The position numbers and the translations under genes are program-made. Positions 62,070 through 64,000 of a stretch of 64,000 nucleotides of DNA are shown piece after piece. Source of the DNA: Chloroflexota bacterium (GTDB lineage: Bacteria > Chloroflexota > Dehalococcoidia > Dehalococcoidales > UBA2162); the NCBI GenBank assembly GCA_016190825.1, contig JACPPV010000023.1:139476-203475 (forward strand), given 5' to 3'. The notes below the pieces were generated by a model that was given only the letters and a program-made list of their open reading frames with translations, did no database searches and had not been told where the DNA came from. The stretch's first letter is position 1. Every line of letters starts with the position of its first letter.

Positions 62070-63587
62070 ATGAAGGTTTTACTCCTGGAGCACCCCCGGC
62101 AGATCGCTCAAAATAGATGCAACGACATCGCCAATGCCCCTCTTGCCTCCAGTTTGATTACCGGCTGTATCGCCGGTCTGCTGGACAGCCTGGGACATAA
62201 TGTCAGGATTGCAGAAGGGTTTTTGGATGAGATGACCTACGAGGAAATATACCAACAGGTCATCGCTTTTGCCCCGCCGGTGCTGGGTGTCCATATAGTC
62301 TATAACTGGGAAGACAACCGGCAATTGTTTGCCTTTCTGAAACGGCTGAATGCCGAAGGCCTGGTCGAGAAAATTGCAGGCTACGGGTACTATCCCACCT
62401 TTGCTTATCAGGAGATTCTTAAGTCCTGTCCCGAATTTGACGGGCTTATTATTGGCGAGCCAGAGCAAACCTTTGCCGAGTGGCTGGAAACCGGCGCACC
62501 TGTGCCAGGCATGGTCTGGGTGGATGCCGTCGGACAGACACAGATGCAGCACCGCGAGGTGAATCGTGACCTTGATGCGCTGCCAGACCCCATTCGCTCT
62601 GAAGCCATGCTGCGTATGGGGGAGGTCAATATTGAAAGCAGCCGGGGCTGCTACGGCAGATGCACCTTTTGCTATATCAACCCCTATTACGGGGCCGGTC
62701 CCTGTTGGCGGCCTAAAAGCCCGGAGCGTGTGATGCAGGAGATAGACCGCATCATCGCTCGGCATGGAGCGGTGAAGTTCTACTTTACCGACCCTAATTT
62801 TTTTGGCCCGGGGAAGCAGGGGCAGGCGCGCGTGACGAAGCTGGCGACCATGCTCAAGGAGAGGAAAATCCGCTTCGGTATCGAAGCCCGGGTTAATGAT
62901 ATCCACCAGGATACTATTGCTGCCCTGGTGGATGCAGGCCTGGAGGAATTGCTGATCGGTCTCGAGAGCGGCCGCAATGATTCACTTAAGCGGCTGAAAA
63001 AGATGACCACGGTGGAGCAGAACGAGAGAGCCTTGCGTATTCTGCGTGCCAACGGCATCGAACCCAGCGTGGGCTTCATCATGTTTGAGCCGGATTCTTC
63101 CCTGGCAGATATTCGCACCAATTTCGAATTCCTCAAACGCAATCGCCTGCTGGACAGAGTAATTACTACAGCCAACGTACTGTATCACCCGCAGATTATC
63201 CTTCAAGGAACCGAGGCGTACCGAGACCTAGAGCAGGAGGAACGGCTCATCCTTAAAGACACGACCTATGAAGGTGAGACGTCTTATTTGATTCCCGAGG
63301 TGGCCCATCTGGCGCAAATTATCGGACAGGTTACCAATTACTTCTTTGTCATGATGGATGAGGTCTGGAAGGGAAAGCTCCAGGAGCCATCGAAAGCTGC
63401 AAGCCTTTATCAGGATATCAATCATCTGCTGGTCAATTGTTTCGAGGAAAATCTAGGCCGATTGGAAGCAGGTGAATCCATCAATGAAGCGGCAGCGGAG
63501 AAGCTTGTTAGCGAAGTCAAGGTGAAAATTAAGTCTGTTTTCGAGCGGTTCTCCAGAATGCCGGCCGCAAACAAACGAAACGGTTAA
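62070..63587 (+). CDS. B12-binding radical SAM enzyme (BzaD/BzaE-like methyltransferase)
   Basis: 505 aa. MKVLLLEHPR.., radical SAM motif CYGRCTFCYI. Paralog of the preceding gene. Confidence 0.65.
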   Translation: MKVLLLEHPRQIAQNRCNDIANAPLASSLITGCIAGLLDSLGHNVRIAEGFLDEMTYEEIYQQVIAFAPPVLGVHIVYNWEDNRQLFAFLKRLNAEGLVEKIAGYGYYPTFAYQEILKSCPEFDGLIIGEPEQTFAEWLETGAPVPGMVWVDAVGQTQMQHREVNRDLDALPDPIRSEAMLRMGEVNIESSRGCYGRCTFCYINPYYGAGPCWRPKSPERVMQEIDRIIARHGAVKFYFTDPNFFGPGKQGQARVTKLATMLKERKIRFGIEARVNDIHQDTIAALVDAGLEELLIGLESGRNDSLKRLKKMTTVEQNERALRILRANGIEPSVGFIMFEPDSSLADIRTNFEFLKRNRLLDRVITTANVLYHPQIILQGTEAYRDLEQEERLILKDTTYEGETSYLIPEVAHLAQIIGQVTNYFFVMMDEVWKGKLQEPSKAASLYQDINHLLVNCFEENLGRLEAGESINEAAAEKLVSEVKVKIKSVFERFSRMPAANKRNG

Positions 63588-63607
63588 TGAAACGCAGGAG
63601 GGGAGAC

Positions 63608-64000
63608 ATGTCATTGTTAGAAGAGGCCACAAAAGGAGTCACCATAGAGCAACTACAAGCCGCTGCCGTCGCTGAAGGTGTATCGGTAGCAGTAATCAGG
63701 GAGGGAGTGGCCGATGGTACCATCGTAGTGCCTTGCAATCCCGCTCACAAAGGGCTGAGGCCAATGGCGATTGGCAAGGGGCTACGAACCAAAGTGAGCG
63801 CCAGCATCGGCCTGGACAGCAAGGACGGCACTGTAGCCTGTGAACTGGAGAAGCTGGGGGCAGCCCTGTCAGCCGGAACCGATGCAGTGATGGACCTCAG
63901 CGCCACCGGAGATATGGACTTCGCTCGCCGGGCCATTCTGTCGGCATCGCCGGTGCCTGTAGGCACCCTGCCTTTATATCAGACAATTGCTGAAGCCAGC
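63608..64000 (+). CDS. ThiC-family radical SAM enzyme, partial (5-hydroxybenzimidazole synthase BzaF/BzaA-like)
   Basis: AGGAGG RBS. MSLLEEATKGV..GKGLRTKVSASIG..GTDAVMDLSATGD..SPVPVGTLPLYQ aligns with the ThiC core. Runs off the window edge. Absent from the ORF track because there is no stop codon. Confidence 0.75.
   Translation, partial: MSLLEEATKGVTIEQLQAAAVAEGVSVAVIREGVADGTIVVPCNPAHKGLRPMAIGKGLRTKVSASIGLDSKDGTVACELEKLGAALSAGTDAVMDLSATGDMDFARRAILSASPVPVGTLPLYQTIAEAS

Overview
This 64-kb window looks like a chromosomal segment from a moderately GC-rich, probably anaerobic bacterium. The gene content and the dense intergenic palindromic repeats resemble Chloroflexota/Dehalococcoidia-type genomes, but taxonomy cannot be established from the sequence alone.

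Contents, in order:
- Housekeeping genes: hisS, pyrG, transaldolase, rho, uvrC and a DRG-type GTPase.
- A beta-oxidation trio: acyl-CoA dehydrogenase, hbd and crotonase.
- A complete selenocysteine-decoding set: tRNA-Sec, selB, selA and a selD that itself carries an in-frame UGA. It is interrupted by small accessory scars: an IS21 istB remnant, a membrane HNH gene bounded by a repeat of the tRNA 3' end, a hicBA cassette, a DUF433/PIN-like pair and an AT-rich orphan ORF.
- cysK, an APC permease and mntP.
- A ~13-kb type IV pilus locus: three G/FTLxE pilins, two minor pilins, a PilX-like protein, a PilM-PilN fusion, PilO-like, PilC and PilB, plus three embedded two-component genes (one membrane kinase without an adjacent regulator, and a kinase/receiver pair).
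- A translationally coupled pair of MutS-domain-V-only ATPases followed by a KOW/TM/Ig-repeat membrane protein, next to an IS3 remnant.
- A 1976-aa membrane-anchored subtilase preceded by a free-standing paralog of its own propeptide.
- A cobalamin-riboswitch-controlled operon, cobS-cobT-bzaC-like-(two B12-radical SAM)-thiC-like, which matches the anaerobic dimethylbenzimidazole pathway.

The best candidates for undescribed biology are the MutS-like pair with its membrane protein, and the subtilase with its stand-alone propeptide. No CRISPR array, rRNA gene or intact transposase was seen. Three frame disruptions (DRG GTPase, hicA, istB remnant) all sit at short homopolymers, so sequencing error must be excluded before calling them biological.
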